A stretch of 64,000 bases of DNA from Eledone cirrhosa (taxonomy: Eukaryota), in assembly GCA_964016885.1 (NCBI GenBank), contig OZ024741.1, positions 192,386,001 through 192,450,000 on the forward strand, given 5' to 3'. The notes below the pieces were generated by a model. That model was not told the origin of the DNA. It did no database searches and saw only the letters and a list, made by a program, of their open reading frames with translations. Shown here piece by piece: positions 1-17,702 of the stretch; position 1 is the stretch's first letter; each line of letters opens with the position of its first letter. The position numbers and the translations under genes were made by a program.

Positions 1-19
1 ATATATATATATATATAAG

Positions 20-2950
20 TGGCGAGAATTGTTACTCTTGAGTTTCACCGTAACTCATCACTTACCTATAATAAAGTATAACTCTACTTCTGTATTGAGT
101 TCAACATCACACGGGTGTATGTATATTTAAGTATGTGTTGGTTGCTTACCGACACATCAGTATGCAGGTTATAGCACTCAACGCAGGTAGGTCTGTTTAC
201 TCCAGAGTAATTTAAAAATAAGAAGTGTAAGTCAACAAGTTAAAATTAACTGGCCGCTCATACAGGGGTCGCGAGTACCCGAGGCACCTGGAAAACGGGA
301 TCACCAAACTTAAGGAGCATACTCATCCATGCTGAGAAAACCAACAACCTCTACATCATGGACGTAAAACTGTATAATAAGCTAATCCTCAGGGAACCGA
401 GGAAGAGCTACAAGAAAACATCTGGAGTTACCCTTGAGGAAATCAACTCCAAGGCATAAGAAATAGTATCCGGACTCGGCATAGAGGATAGGACGGCTCC
501 GTACCAGCCCAGGGACCCGAGGATTACCATTAAGGCTCACAAAACGAACTTTGAGTTTGAACTCCCGGTTAGACTAATAGCCTCTTCTAAGTCTGATTTG
601 GGGGCTATCAGCAAAAACATACTAGATAGGATTCTGCCAATGCGAGGAAAAAACAAAGTTACAACTATGGTTCTGTACTGGCACTATTACCTGGGAAGAA
701 TAGGACTAGCTTATCCAACTAGATATTGCTAGTTACTAATCTTCAATCTCGCCCATAGTTCTAAATAAGGCCCTTATATTCGCGATGTGTAAAGAAGAAA
801 TAGGAATCATCCACGCCGCCCGGAAGACCTTGATACGTTTCGGTGGGGATCTCTGGACCAGGAGTGATTGGCCAAATAATTTTGATATCACAATGGGCTC
901 TAGTGACTCCGCACAGATAACGGACCTGGTTGGGCTCTTCATAATGAAGCAAAATAAAGAAGAAATCTCCAACTTCGGTGGCAGCTTATACCGCAATGAT
1001 GCCCTCTTCACTGTATCTGACCCCAGCACTAGTATGATGGAAGGAATGAAGAACAGAATTAGACTTTTTTTTAGGAAACTAGGGCTCAGTATAGAAATAG
1101 ACCCCAATAGAAAAGTAGTTAACTGCTTAGACACCACTCTAAAACTAAACACGGAGCCATACTACCCCTATCATAAGCCCAACGAGAAGCTAGCGTATGT
1201 TAATGGTAAGTCCAACCGCCCTAGATCTATTATTTAGATCTATTATTAAGATCCATCATTAAGAGTGTCTCGGACAGGATCTCCAACTTGTCTGCCAATA
1301 AGGAGATCTTCGATAGTAATGTTGATTATTATAAACAGTTTTAGCTAAGGCGGCCCATGGCCAAGTTATCTGTTAAAACCCTATGGGACTTCCGACCTAT
1401 AGTCTCGGGAAGGGAGGAAACCCACGTAATACAGTTAGGGTTGAAGCTACAGCACCTAAATCCCCGGAACCTAGCACCACCACGCTTGCGAGAAAGACAC
1501 ATACCCCTGAGCATACGAATAAATGCAATACGTGAGGTGGGTCTAGCGGTGATGCAAACCACCCCGGACCTAGCGTTCCCAACCACGTAAAATCGACCGG
1601 TGTGGGCCGGTATCACTCCACCGGCAGAGACAGAACAGTTAGCAGAAACCATAACGCACAACGGGGCAGCAGAAGTGAGGGAAGCTGTGGAACCCCAACA
1701 ATTCCTCAACAGCCTGGTGCGTGCTCAAACAACTCACATAGGACTGTGCATAGAAAAAGAACATGGTATAATCCACCATCTGCGGACCTGCAGACCATCC
1801 TGGCCCGCTCATTCTTTAGGGCACTGGATAAATGCTTCCCAAGGACCCACAGGTACCATAAAATCTTTAATAGGCACACGGTGAAGCTCTCATGCTCCAC
1901 CACGCGCAGCGTAGCCCAGCACATAGCTAGTATCAATAGGAACAGACATTTAGACAGACAACAGCAGATCCTATAGACATCCAGCAGAGCGATGACAGGG
2001 TAAATGGTACCCAGGACAGACCCGAGTAACACCAACCGACCCAGGGACTCTGTGCAAGTCACAGAGATGGACCACTCCAACTTACACGATGGGAACCCCA
2101 CAGTAAGCATGCAGGGGTTGATCACTTCATGCAACTGCAGAACCCCATCTTATGCCCCCTTAGAAATGAATGTCTGGTGAAGAACCTAGTCTACCGATGC
2201 AGGGTTAAAACCCCTAATTCGGAGCATCTTTACATAGCAGCCACGTCGACGAGCTTCAAGGACAGATGGTATAACCATCACCATTCCTGTAATAGGATCG
2301 ACAAAAGGAAAAGTACGATCCTTTCCGAACTGATCTGGAAACTCAAGATGAACAAGACCCCGTACTCTTCGGTTTGGTCCAAAGTTAGGGAGGTACCACC
2401 AGACATTTGCAGCCTCTGTCTAAGTGAGACGCTAGAGATACTCTGTGGTGGAATAAATTTAATCAATCGTAGGACCGATTTCTTTGGTACATGTAGACAC
2501 CTAAGGATGGCTACTTTCCTCAAGCTATATGGATAGAAACCCCACCACACTAAGTCCCCGAGACACCAACCGCACCCACTGTACTGACCTCTCTCCTCTC
2601 CTTTCTTCTTGTCTCGACTAGAATTTAAACACCACAGAGCCGCACTTACTTAGCGGTTAGGCCCATGCCTCACATCCCTGTAGTTCACCCTTCCTTCTCA
2701 CTTCCTTAGTTCGAACCCAAGTTAACAGCCTCTAGCTAATTAGCGAGATGATATACGTTGGAAGAGTCCTTCTCTGGGTATCTCCAGGCACTCCACATGT
2801 CCGACTACAGGGGTTCACCATCCACAACTCCGGTCTGTGATCTGGTTCTCCGAAGGACATGCTACCTCAAACATAATCCCTTTCACACACAACAGTCAAT
2901 ACTAACAAGGATAAGTAAATAAGACGCACCTATTATTTATTTTCCCATCC
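20..2950 (+). mobile_element. Decayed Penelope-like retroelement (RT + C-terminal GIY-YIG), Naiad-like
   Basis: Broken frames give FDITMGSSDSAQITDLVG, GSLYRND, PYHKPNEKLAYVNGKSN (785-1237), WYNPP...FPRTHRYHKIFNRHTVKLSCS (1602-1976) and CPLRNECLVKNLVYRC...YIAATSTSFKDRWYNH...CSLCLSE (2129-2536). Starts at (TA)n. Ends approximate. Confidence 0.88.
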
Positions 2951-3134
2951 CTCCTAAGGGTACCTATGTGTCTGTGTATGTGTGTACTTATACACGCATG
3001 TGTGTGTATGTACTTCTGCGTGTGCGTGTATATATCTTGTTGTGTTTTTGAGTTTGTGGTTTTTAATGGAGTGCCTATGCACATACCAGCGTTTCTTGAA
3101 TTCTTTTGCTGTAGAACCTATGTAGTACTATTCC

Positions 3135-5218
3135 TGGTCACCCGATTTCATGGTACATAGATACACTAAATTAGATTCAAGGCATTTGTTCTGTAGTGGG
3201 CATTTATCTGGTAGGTGGTAATTACATTTAGTGGCTTTCTTGTATATTGGCTCTACGTTACAGTCTGATGTGTGGCTTGAATTAGACTGGGATGTTGGTC
3301 TGTTTATGTTGTGTTGGTGCGTTGTATAATGTCAATCGGCTGGTTGCGATGTAGTTACAGTGTTGTGTTTGATATTAGATGTTGTGTTGGTGGTAGGTGG
3401 ACCAATATTTTTAGAGATTATTTTTTAGTTGAGTCTTTTTATGTATGTTTCTATATTTGCTGCGGTAGAATATGATAGTTTAATAATTTTCCTATTGAAG
3501 ATTTTGTGGTATTTATGTGGCTTGGAGAAGTGTTTATCTATTAGATTAAAGAAAATAAAGGGTATATTGGTATTGATTGAGCAATTGAAAACTGGATTAT
3601 ACCATAAATATTGTTTATTCCTAGATTTTTTTAGAGTTTTTAGAAGTTCCTATGTTCTTATTTTGCTCGGCTACTCCCTGTTCATGCTGTTCATGCTGTT
3701 TATATGTCTGTTATTCCTATTAGGGTGGGCATCATATTTGTCGCTAGGTATATGATTGTTATGGTCGCTATCAAAGATGTATTCGAGCCACTCTTTGTGA
3801 CTTGCCTTACGTAATGTGGTGTTAATATAGTCTGCATGTTCCTTAACTATTTCTAGTGCAGATGTTAGGCGGGATATTCTAAGAGATATACTATGTGCTA
3901 CTGCTTTGATTATGGAACGTGGATGGTTAGATTGATAGTTCATGTACACTAGGTCTTCATTATTTTTATGGAAAGGTTCTATTAATCCTGTGTATAAGTT
4001 AAGTGTTACATCTAAGTGTTACATCTAAGGCCTAATCTACTAAAGAAGACCCTAATGTTCTTCCGTAACCTTTCCAGGTTCTGGTTATTTATGTTTTTAG
4101 CTAGTAGAAGCACTTCGTCTCTATAAATTCCTTATTGGAGGTTATCTAATTCCTCATGGATATTATGAGCTATATATATTCCGACTATGTCTGTGACTTG
4201 GGCTTAGTCGCTAGATCCCATAGTAATATCAAAGCTATTTGGTCTATCCCGTTGTTCCCATTTCGAATTTAATGATCGTTCTCCTAGCAGCTATTACTAT
4301 CCTAATTTCATCCATGGTTAGATCTGAATTTTTCTTAGTGAATGTTAGTGCCTTATTTAGGAGGACTGGGCATATGGATGAATAGTAATCATTAATATCG
4401 AATTGTATGAATTTGGATGCTCTCTTATTGTCTATTTTATTAAACCAGTCGATTGCCTCACTAGTGCTACCCCAGAGTTTCATCTTTAGTTTATCATTGA
4501 TTTACGCTATTACCCTATCTAGTATATGTTTGCTAATTCTACCTATGTCAGATTTAGATTGGCATATCAGTCTAATTGTAGGGTTTGTTTCGAAATTATT
4601 TTTATGGTCTTTCAGGTTAAAAGTGGGGCTGCATGGGATTCTGTTCTATCAGCAGCTTCGAGTATTTTCACAATATTAAATCCTTCGTTGTTAATGTCTG
4701 CAAGTGTTGCTTCCGTAGTTTTTCTGTATTTCTTGTGCAGTTCTCTGTGTATAAAGTTGTTGTAAGTGTCTATATTCATGGTGTATACATTCGACGTTTT
4801 GTCCACCTTGACTATAATCCCATCAGTATTGCATCATTTTTTCAACAATGCATTGATGTAATTTTGCTGTTTGTTGTGACCCGTGCCTTTTTTTAATCTG
4901 ATCCCGCTTATCATGTTAATGAGGTCGAGTTAAAATGCATCAAGTTGGAGGTTACTTGGTGGGGTTTTACAGGATTTAAATCCGCATTTCTCTTTTGTAT
5001 TTCCATCAACAGTGTCTGTATGTCCCTTGTCCTAGTGATATGGTTTCCACCTGATGCGACGGATAAAATGTTCGTTGTATCACGCTGAGAGTGTAATCCC
5101 TACTTGTAGGTAAAGGTATGTTTTTTAATATGTGGTGCTTTTCCATAATGTTACTCGACCTGGTGGGAGTTGAGTATCAAAGTAAACGAGGTATCGTTTA
5201 AGGTAATCCAGGGAGAGG
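3135..5218 (-). mobile_element. Decayed Penelope-like retroelement, truncated at the start of GIY-YIG
   Basis: Minus-strand fragments DKTSNVYTM, FIQFDINDYYSSI, YMNYQSNHPRSII, and DKCPLQNKCLESNLVY near 3140-3210. Multiple stops; abuts (TA)n at 5219. Confidence 0.85.
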
Positions 5219-5254
5219 TTATATATATATATATATAATATATACATATTAAGT

Positions 5255-5438
5255 GTAACATATGCTTACGCCGTATTTGACTACAGTCTGTTAGTTAGGA
5301 TATAAAAAAAAACTCTCTGAATGGAATAAAGGATGAGTATTGACGTACATGGGATACGAACCCACATTCAGAGGTTTTTTAAAATCACAACTAACAGACT
5401 AATTATATGTAGTCAAATACGGCGTAAGCACATGTTAC
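5255..5438. mobile_element. Small MITE-like inverted-repeat element
   Basis: GTAACATATGCTTACGCCGTATTTGACTAC at 5255 mirrors GTAGTCAAATACGGCGTAAGCACATGTTAC ending at 5438, with further internal symmetry. Confidence 0.6.
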
Positions 5439-5499
5439 TACCTAATTTCCAAATTCACTAGCCGTTTGTAAACAAAGCCTACTTTGTGTCTCCCTATTT

Positions 5500-5639
<140 letters not shown>

Positions 5640-6134
5640 TTATAAATGCACAAATATATCGATTCACGTGCAAATTCAAACTCCTGTGCATTTACTTAGA
5701 CAAATATATGACTTTGTAAGTATATGTATATTGTATGTCTGTCTTATACAACTGTGTCCCAAATGTATTCGCTAAGACTTAAAATAGTAACTAAACACAT
5801 TTCTCTCTAGCATACCAGATCACCTATCTACTAATGTCTACAATCATAGCAGATTAGTTTTTATCAATTCATTGATCTACCAACTAACTATGCCAAAAAT
5901 ATTGCTCCCGTCCACCACACACACAAAGAAAAACGAAAAAAAAACAGACAACAAAAATAACAACAACTAAGCAAAACATAAAGAAAGCAATAGAAAAAAA
6001 AAACATTCGATCTGTCAACATACAGAAGTACGACACAAAACATGGAACATTTAATACTGAAACAGGGGTTCTAGCATGGCTGCATGTCTTGTGGGTGAAA
6101 ACAATACAGACTTGGATAGAATCTGTCAGCCTGT

Positions 6135-9680
<3,546 letters not shown>

Positions 9681-9699
9681 TATGTATGTATGTATTTAT

Positions 9700-10303
9700 G
9701 TCAGGTTGCTCTTGAGTGTTACTGGTAACATGTAACCCAGTACAACCTGTCGCATGGTCGGATCGACGGCGGCTAAACCGGCAAGTTTACTTGGTGAGGA
9801 GGGTGATTTTGGACACCCCGCAGGACAAAAAACAAAACCTGACAAAGGGCGGAAGAACTCAAGAGTCAACGGCCATCCAAAAATGTGTAAATATGTCTAT
9901 GCATATGTATGTGTGGAGGTGTATGTATATGCATGTGTGCATGTGTATGTATATGCGCGGGGACATAGAAATAGTCGGCTGGATACCCGATCGCGCGGTT
10001 AAACAACTGGGAGTGAAGGACCCCTAGTCTTTGTCAGGGCATTCTTCTAAGAGAAGGCAACTCAGGAAACTGGGATAACTCCGACATAAAACCTGCGGCT
10101 AAGTAGTTACCGATGATGTTGAGCTTTTCTTCTTTTTGGATTATAGCTACTGTCGCTCAGAGAGTGGGATTGGCTCAGTACACAGTTTTTCCTCACTTAA
10201 AAAAAGTCTTGACGCACAGGCATTGCACGAGAGCATTAATTAATAATTATTAATAATGGTATATCGTGCAATGGCCATACTCGATAACGAGGGGGCAGTC
10301 ATC
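9700..10303. mobile_element. ~600 bp non-coding module bounded by (TATG)n, adjoining the RLE element (subtype B)
   Basis: Homologous to 34640-34840 (inverted), 37015-37418, 36350-36940 and 38285-38894. Confidence 0.75.
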
Positions 10304-10667
10304 ATGTATGTATGTATGTATGTGTTAACCCGTAACTCCAGATGTAGTCGAAAAGGACGTCGTAGTGACATCATTTTGGTTCATCAGAGGCATTTACACC
10401 TGGTTGAGCCCATCCCCATTCCAGGTGTGAACACAACCAGTTTTTTCCAGAAGAAGAAAGAGTGAAAGAGAGGAAGCGAGAAAGTACTGGAGTGGTGTTT
10501 TTTTATCGACTTCGAAAGGCTGAAAGGAAAGGTTGACAGTACAGAGCGCAGAGAGCTGGAAAGAATACCGCAACGCATCCTATCGGAGGCGCTAACGACT
10601 CTGCCAATTCACCGCTTATAATGTTTGTATGGGTGTGGTATATAAGACGAGTGTGTATAGATCTTAC

Positions 10668-10832
10668 CTCTATAATAAATATATTTAAAGATGTTTTCTC
10701 ATCAACAAAATTCAGTTGCAGTTTTAGTTGTCCTGTGGGTTTAACAGGAGGTGCGTAACGAGGTACCATTTCTTCCAGGTTCAAATCGTGCATTAGAAAT
10801 GGTGAGTCTGGTAAACCAATTACATTTTGTCG
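10668..10832 (-). CDS. Host gene internal exon (165 nt) entering a C2-like domain
   Basis: Acceptor tttctttcaattctgtctttgaacag, donor GAG|gtaaga, phase 0-0. Encodes RQNVIGLPDSPFLMHDLNLEEMVPRYAPPVKPTGQLKLQLNFVDEKTSLNIFIIE; GQLKLQL...LNIFIIE resembles C2 strands 1-2. Confidence 0.75.
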
Positions 10833-12446
10833 CTGTTCAAAGACAGAATTGAAAGAAATTGAATGCAATGGTATGGTCTATTTTTTCTTTCCCAGTAACT
10901 ATTATCGAAGAACAATCATTAGGTTCGATAATAGTTACTGGGAAATAAATAAATAGACAAAATAACTTTGATATCACTATGGGATCTAACGATTCAGCTC
11001 AAGTAACGGTCATTGTCGGAATATATATAGCACATATCTTGCATAAGGAATTTGATAACCTACAGGGAGGAATTTATAGAGACGATACATTACATTTAGC
11101 TAAAAACCTAAATAATCAAAACTTGGAAAGATTACATAAAAAGATTAGAATATTCTTCAATAAATTAGGCTTAAACATCACTTTTGAACTCAACTCTAAA
11201 AAAAGCTAACTTCTTAGATGTATCACTTAACCTAAACACAGGACCAATAGAACCCTTCAATAAAAATAACGAATATCTAGCTTACATTAATTGTAACTCA
11301 AATCACCCTCGCTCCATAATTAACTCCATAGCACATAGTATATCCCTTAGAACTTCATTCTTATCTTCTAATCTAGAGATTTTTAACGAACACGCTAACT
11401 ACTACAACATAAAGAGAAGCCCAAATACAAACAATAACAACACACTTAACAGCAATAACACTATCCACACCTATAGAAACAACAAATCGAGGACCAAACA
11501 TAGAAATTGGCAACAAGCACCAGATATAATTGAACCGAATACTAATATAAGGACCACTAGAAACTATAGATGATGCAGAGATAGAACATACTTATGGTTC
11601 AATCCAATATTTAACTCCTCTATAAAAACCAAACTACATTCTACTTTCTTTAAATTAATTGACAAGCACTTCCCTAAACTTCACAAATACCATAAAATCT
11701 TTAATAGAAATATTATCAAACTATCTTACTCTACTACCACCAACATAGAATTGTACATACATAAAATTATCTATAAAAGAATTTCTAATACAAATAGCCT
11801 GCAAACAAGCACCATAACACCAAATATAAAACACAAACACATAACAACATCACAACCAAACACACGTCAGAACACATCACAACAATACATCAACAAACCC
11901 ACTTCTCAGCCCATACATAACAACATACAAAACCGTATTGCTGAACCGGCACATAGGAAGCATCAAAATGTAACTGTCATTTACCTGATAAATGCCCACT
12001 ACAAAATAGATGCCTGGAGTCAAATATAGTCTACCTATGTTCTATAAATTCAGGCAACTTAGCATGGCACTATATAGGTTCGACGGTGGGGGAGTTCAAG
12101 AAAAGATGGTATGTCCACAGACACTCTATAAATAACCGTAAATTAATGAACAGAACGATGCTCGCCAATAAAATCTGGCAGCTCAAAGATACAAACCAGG
12201 AATACAGAATTAGCTGGGTGAAGTTGTCAACGGCAATAGCCTATAAAAATGCACGTCCCATTGTAGACTTTGCAATATGGAATTATTCCATATTTTAAAA
12301 TATAACAAAATGCTGCTTAACAGCAAAATTGAACGAACAATTTTCTGTAGCAAATTCGATAATTTCTGACCAACTTAATTCATCCCATCTATTCCATAAT
12401 TCAAATTGTACCACCTGAATCTATTATAATAACCTATTATCATTAT

Positions 12447-12712
12447 TAAAGTACCAGTAATGTACTGGGTAATTGCTGGCCTTGTGCCAAAAGTAGAAAC
12501 AATTATTATTAGTGATGGTGAGTGGATTAGCTGTAACGGTAGAGGGTCGGTCGCCATGCTTTGACGCATAGAGTTACGTCCCTTGCCATTCTGAGTTCAA
12601 ATCCCACCGAGTTTAACTTTGCCCTTCATCCTTACGGGGTCGATAAAATAAAGTACCAGTAATGCACTGTGTAATTGTTGACCTTGTGCCAAAAGTTTCT
12701 ACTTTTGGCACA
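12447..12712 (+). mobile_element. tRNA-type SINE (3' fragment plus full copy)
   Basis: B-box-like GAGTTCAAATCCC, core CTTTGCC(T)TTCATCCTTACGGGGTCGATAAAATAAAGTACCAG, tail CCTTGTGCCAAAAGTAGAAACAATTATT. Confidence 0.85.
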
Positions 12713-13249
12713 ACATGATAACCTTTTATATTTTCTCTCTTTCATTTTCTCTCTTTCTATTTTTTTCCATAAATTTATTCCATCTCTTACATTATATCTT
12801 GTATTATTTTCACTTCTAATATAACTTACAATTAATTAATTAATTATTTATTTATTTAATTAATTTATTAATGTAACTAATACATATATGAATATATTTA
12901 ACATTTTCATGTTTATACCATCATATCTCTATATTTTAACCACCAACACCACAACTACTCTCAATAATCATACTATGTTTACTTTTCTTCGCACACATAT
13001 TAACTTCTTTTTAAATTTATTTTTTATCATATTTTGTATCATTTTTATCATCTTCGTTATAACTTATTTATTAACATTTATTCATTTATTATTATTATCT
13101 TTATTATTTTTTCTCTCTATTTTTCTTTTTCTTCATCCTTTTATATTCTTTCTTTTTTCTCTCTATCTTTTTTCTCTATATCTTTTTATTCTCTCTTTCT
13201 TTATTAATGATGTTGTAATTTGAATTCGTAAACGCTGAGAATGTTTTTA

Positions 13250-13365
13250 ACAGTCCTTTCTGATGATCTGCTTAAGCTAACAACGTATTTAAAATTGACT
13301 GGCACAGCTTCAAGTGTTCAGCAATTTTTAGACAACTTAATCACTGAAACAATTGTTAATACTGT
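13250..13365 (+). ncRNA. Degenerate type I hammerhead ribozyme in the PLE 3' region
   Basis: ACAGTCCTTT-CTGATGA-(long stem II)-GAAAC-AATT-GTT-AATACTGT, followed by AATAAA. Stems I and II eroded. Confidence 0.55.
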
Positions 13366-13581
13366 AAATAAAATCCTTTTTTGTACTGTTGACCATGTTA
13401 TTCTTCACTCTTTCAACATTATTACTCCAAGATAAACTTACATAGGAATTCCCGAGAAATCACAAACTTGCCACCTACGGAAACCTCTTGTTGAGTCAAA
13501 CAACGCCGTACGCTAAAACTATCCACAATACGGAGTATTCACAACCTCTAACTGGATTACCTATAACGATATTTTGTTATC

Positions 13582-13619
<38 letters not shown>

Positions 13620-14211
13620 CTCTTCACGTCAGACATACTATTTTAAAGCTAAACGCCCGTGCAATTTTATTTATAATATTAATGCGTTTGTGAGATGGTT
13701 TTGCTGTTTTGGCATTTAACAACTCACGGTATTTCGTTTGAATTTTCTTGTAAAAGACAAAAGATGTTTTAAGACAATTGTTTACTGATGAGGTTTGGCG
13801 TCTTCATTTATCAATTAATTATCTTAATTAATATTTATTTCTTTGCCAAAATCAAACCACGGTATAAGCACGGATTTGTAGATAAAATTATATTCTGTAT
13901 TTAAAAATGTATTATTTGTTTGAAATTCTTACTTTTAATGTACCACTAGACCACGCGTTGGGTCACGTACACTTCAAAATATAAAAAAAAATTATGTTCA
14001 CTTAAAAATAATTTTTAAATAATTAAAATATACAGACATATATATAAGGTGAAATGAAACTGGAAGTCCTATATATATATATATACGTGTGTGTATATAT
14101 ATATATAAATGTGTGTTTGTATACATATATATGTATATATGTATGTGTGTGTGTATATATATATATCTCTGAGTCTGTGATCTATATGCACTGGTCATAG
14201 ACACACACACA

Positions 14212-14261
<50 letters not shown>

Positions 14262-14678
14262 CACAACAACACCACTAGCTGTCTCTATTCCATTTTCCTT
14301 CTCTGTCTCCCCTCCCTATCTCTATGTCTCTCTTTCAATCTACTCTCCCACAAACACACACACACACACTCCCCCCTCTCTCTCTCTCTGTTTATGAAGG
14401 TACCCGGAAAAACCCATATCTCGGGAACCCGTGTTCCGATTTACGCGAAATTTGTTTTATTCCATTTGGATTCCCATTTCAGGGTCAACTTCCTTTCAAA
14501 GTATTTTCCCATTATGCGCCCTTTTGGCTGCATTACATTACAGACAAGCAAGCAGTCACAGAGTTTTAGTAGTATATAGTAAATATAATTTTGGAAAAAT
14601 GAGACACTCAAATTAGAGATTTTAGACTATATAGTATTTAAAGTATAACATGACTGAAATAGTTTCATTTTAGTCTAT

Positions 14679-14778
<100 letters not shown>

Positions 14779-14844
14779 GTATATATACACACACATGATG
14801 TTATGAACCATAAAATACAGAGAACTAATTGTCGAAACACTCAC

Positions 14845-14984
14845 CGCTACCTTCTGTTTCTTGCGCATATACTGTTGTTGTCCTGGTGGAGGGTTTAAAT
14901 TGTGGTCAAAGTTACTGAGACTGTTAACAACGAGAGTCGACAATGTACCACGTCGTTTGAGAGGTTTCTTCTTACATGGCGTAC
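14845..14984 (-). CDS. Host gene internal exon (140 nt)
   Basis: Acceptor tcttattgaatag, donor GCG|gtgagt, phase 1-0, matching both neighbouring exons. Encodes (G)TPCKKKPLKRRGTLSTLVVNSLSNFDHNLNPPPGQQQYMRKKQKVA. Confidence 0.72.
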
Positions 14985-15221
14985 CTATTCAATAAGATAA
15001 CAGAGACCAATTCACTTATATAAAATTACTAATATTGAATCTAACATAAATATAACCCTTGAAATAAGTATCATACAGTTTCAGTGTTATTAAAAACGTA
15101 TATAGCATAGATTTACAGAACATCTTACAAAAATATAACCCTTGGAATAAGTGCCACGTAGTGAGTGGAGTTCTTGCATGACATCTCTATTGAATATAAG
15201 AGACTCTCATTTACTAATAAA

Positions 15222-15240
15222 TCTTCTTCTTCTTCTTCTT

Positions 15241-15315
<75 letters not shown>
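15222..15315. repeat. (TTC)n-(TTA)n compound microsatellite, 5' flank of the LINE
   Basis: Direct reading. Confidence 0.95.
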
Positions 15316-15529
15316 GAATGCCATGGTTGACGGAGGCTCGGCTCTGTAAGGTATTGTAAATTTTGACCGCTATAACAATTGTAAATTGTTTAAAACTTTA
15401 ACCAAATTGTAGACAAAAACACCCTCCTCCTCGTGAGAGGGGTCTTTCTGCCCGTTATTTGGCCCTTCGGGGTTAAATAACCGCTTATTGGGGTTTTTGT
15501 GCCCAATATTTATTTTAAACCAAAAAAAC

Positions 15530-15918
15530 ATGGCTACGAAAAAGAATTTTCACAAGTCACTCCCACTCATTCCGTCTTCTTCTTCCTCAATCGTCACTAC
15601 AGCAGAGAGAAGATTGTCTCTCTCCCTCCCTTCTCTAAATGTGTCTCTCTCCCTCCCTTCTCTTTCGCAAGCGACGCCAGTAAAGAAAAATAATTTACAA
15701 AAGCACGTGCAAAACATGGAACATTTCTCCACGACGACGATAACGACGAAAAAGGTGTGCGGTAAATACGAAAACCCATTTCATCCGTCTGACGTCATGA
15801 ATAATAGCAGTAGCAGCCGTAATAACAGCAGTAGCAGCAGCAACAATGACAAGGAAAACAACAGTAGCAGCCGCAACAGCATCAGCAGCAGCATAAACAA
15901 CAACAGCATTAGCAGCAA

Positions 15919-15949
<31 letters not shown>

Positions 15950-17116
15950 CACAGCAGCGGCGGCGGCAGTAGTCGTAGTACCTGCAGCAACAACAAAAGT
16001 AACAGCAGCTCTGAGGACAACAACAACAACAACAACAACAACAGCAGCAAAGAAAAACCAATCTCCTTTGCAGGTATCGCAAAGAACCTGGAAACCATCC
16101 TCATAATAAATGAGGAATTACAGGAAGCGAAGAAGATGGTGATGAAAACCGGACACCGAGCAATCTGCAAGGCAGCCGAAAATTTTTTCGAAACCCAACA
16201 GCACTGTACGGTCACGTACCGCACAGTAAGCACAAAATCCCGTAGGGTTGAAAGAGCCACAGAGGCTCAAATACAAAAAGCCTTAGGGTTTGTGTGGCAG
16301 CGGAAAACGCATATCACCCGAGGCAAGAAATATGCCACCGTAGACGTGATTTTTGCTACACCCCAGGAGGCAAAGGCTCAATCCTTAGTGACCCTAAGGA
16401 GCGAGGAAATGGTGTTGGTGCCCTCCTACTGCGGGCAAAAAATTGTGAGGGTCAAACTGACCCATGTCTCCCCCGGGATGGCCCCTTCTTGGCTGGCCGC
16501 GTCTGTCCTCGTCGGAATCGAGGACAAAACAACTGTACTGCAAATACAGAAAAAAGTAAGAGAAGATTGGGTCGGCACCTCCATTGAGATGTTAATCCAA
16601 ACCAACCAGGAGTGCATCGAAGCTATCCCGGATGTAATAGACTTCGATAACGGCACTCAACTGCCCATAAGTGTTGAGGGCAAACGCCCGAAATGCTTTC
16701 GCTGTGGATCGAAGACTCACCTCAGGGCCTTCTGCAACGAGAAGACCCCGAGAAAGGAGAAAACCCCCCTCCTTCCGAAACCGGCTCCACGGCTACCAGC
16801 AACAAGACAAGCGGCAACCAGGAACGCTAGGTCCGTGGCACCCATACCTACGACACGGAAATCAAGAACAGCAGCAGCAGTGGCAGTATTAACGACAACA
16901 ACAGTAATACCAAATGCAGCTGCAACAAAGATTCCACTGCAAACATCACCAACAACAACAAGTGAAAGAGTGGAGCTGGTACCCCTCCCCGACCTCACAG
17001 AATCAGACATGGAGTGTGAGGTGGGAGAGGGATGGAAAAAGGTCGCAAGAAGGCACAAACGCAGAAGCAGCGCATCGTCGCCTTCGAAAAGGGAGGAAAG
17101 AAATAAAAAAGGGTAA
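15530..17116 (+). CDS. LINE ORF1, gag-like nucleic-acid-binding protein
   Basis: Zinc knuckle CFRCGSKTHLRAFC (CX2CX4HX4C), SFAGIA motif, Asn/Ser tract, basic GWKKVARRHKRR end. First ATG at 15530. Confidence 0.85.
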
Positions 17117-17702
17117 AGGCTACTGCAAAGAGACTCACAGCAGCAACACCACCAACACCATCACCACCCACACTAGCACCACCATCACCACCGGCGACAA
17201 CCCCACCGCCAACAACAACAACACCTTCAACACAACCACCACAAGCACCAACATCGCAAACACAACAACAAAACACACACACCCAGCAACAGCGACAAGA
17301 AAATAGCAGAACCCCACCCCACCCCCAGAAAAACAAATGCACGGCAATAAATACACACAACAAGAAACTAATGACTTACATAATTGAACACAGACATTTC
17401 ACAGCACGACTACATAATACCAGCACCAACCAAAACGCCAACAAACATAAGACTGGTAAAAATAGCACAGAAACAACACACAAACATTAAAACGAAATTC
17501 CCCAACGCAGTTGTGATTTCAGAGACCTAGGAGGGACTCTCAACTGGAGAGTATATTCGGACATACTCATAGAAGAGCCGACGACCAGCCGAAGGGAGGA
17601 TTCAACGGTCCCTTCACCAAGTGAAAAGGGATAGAGAAACCATCCTTCCTCTACGAAAAGTACGGTAAGTGGTCTTTCCCATCTTTTCCACTCCATTTCA
17701 AC

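Larger units (their letters stand above)
10877..13585 (+). mobile_element. 5'-truncated decayed Penelope-like element with an inverted 5' junction, SINE insertion and HHR-bearing 3' end
   Basis: MGSNDSAQVTVIVG, GGIYRDD, NFLDVSLNLNTG, SNHPRSII, CNCHLPDKCPLQNRC, GEFKKRWYVH. 10877-10908 is an inverted copy of 10924-10958. Ends at (TA)n. Confidence 0.88.

Noticed and set aside
10869-10880. PLE-supplied splice acceptor (aaaaaatag|ACC) extending the exon
   Set aside because: Purine-rich context; a much better in-frame acceptor exists at 10833.
11960-12030. Selenocysteine recoding as reported for some Naiad PLEs
   Set aside because: The zinc-motif cysteines here and near 61910-61965 are TGT/TGC, not TGA. 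Stops look like random decay, and no SECIS was recognised.
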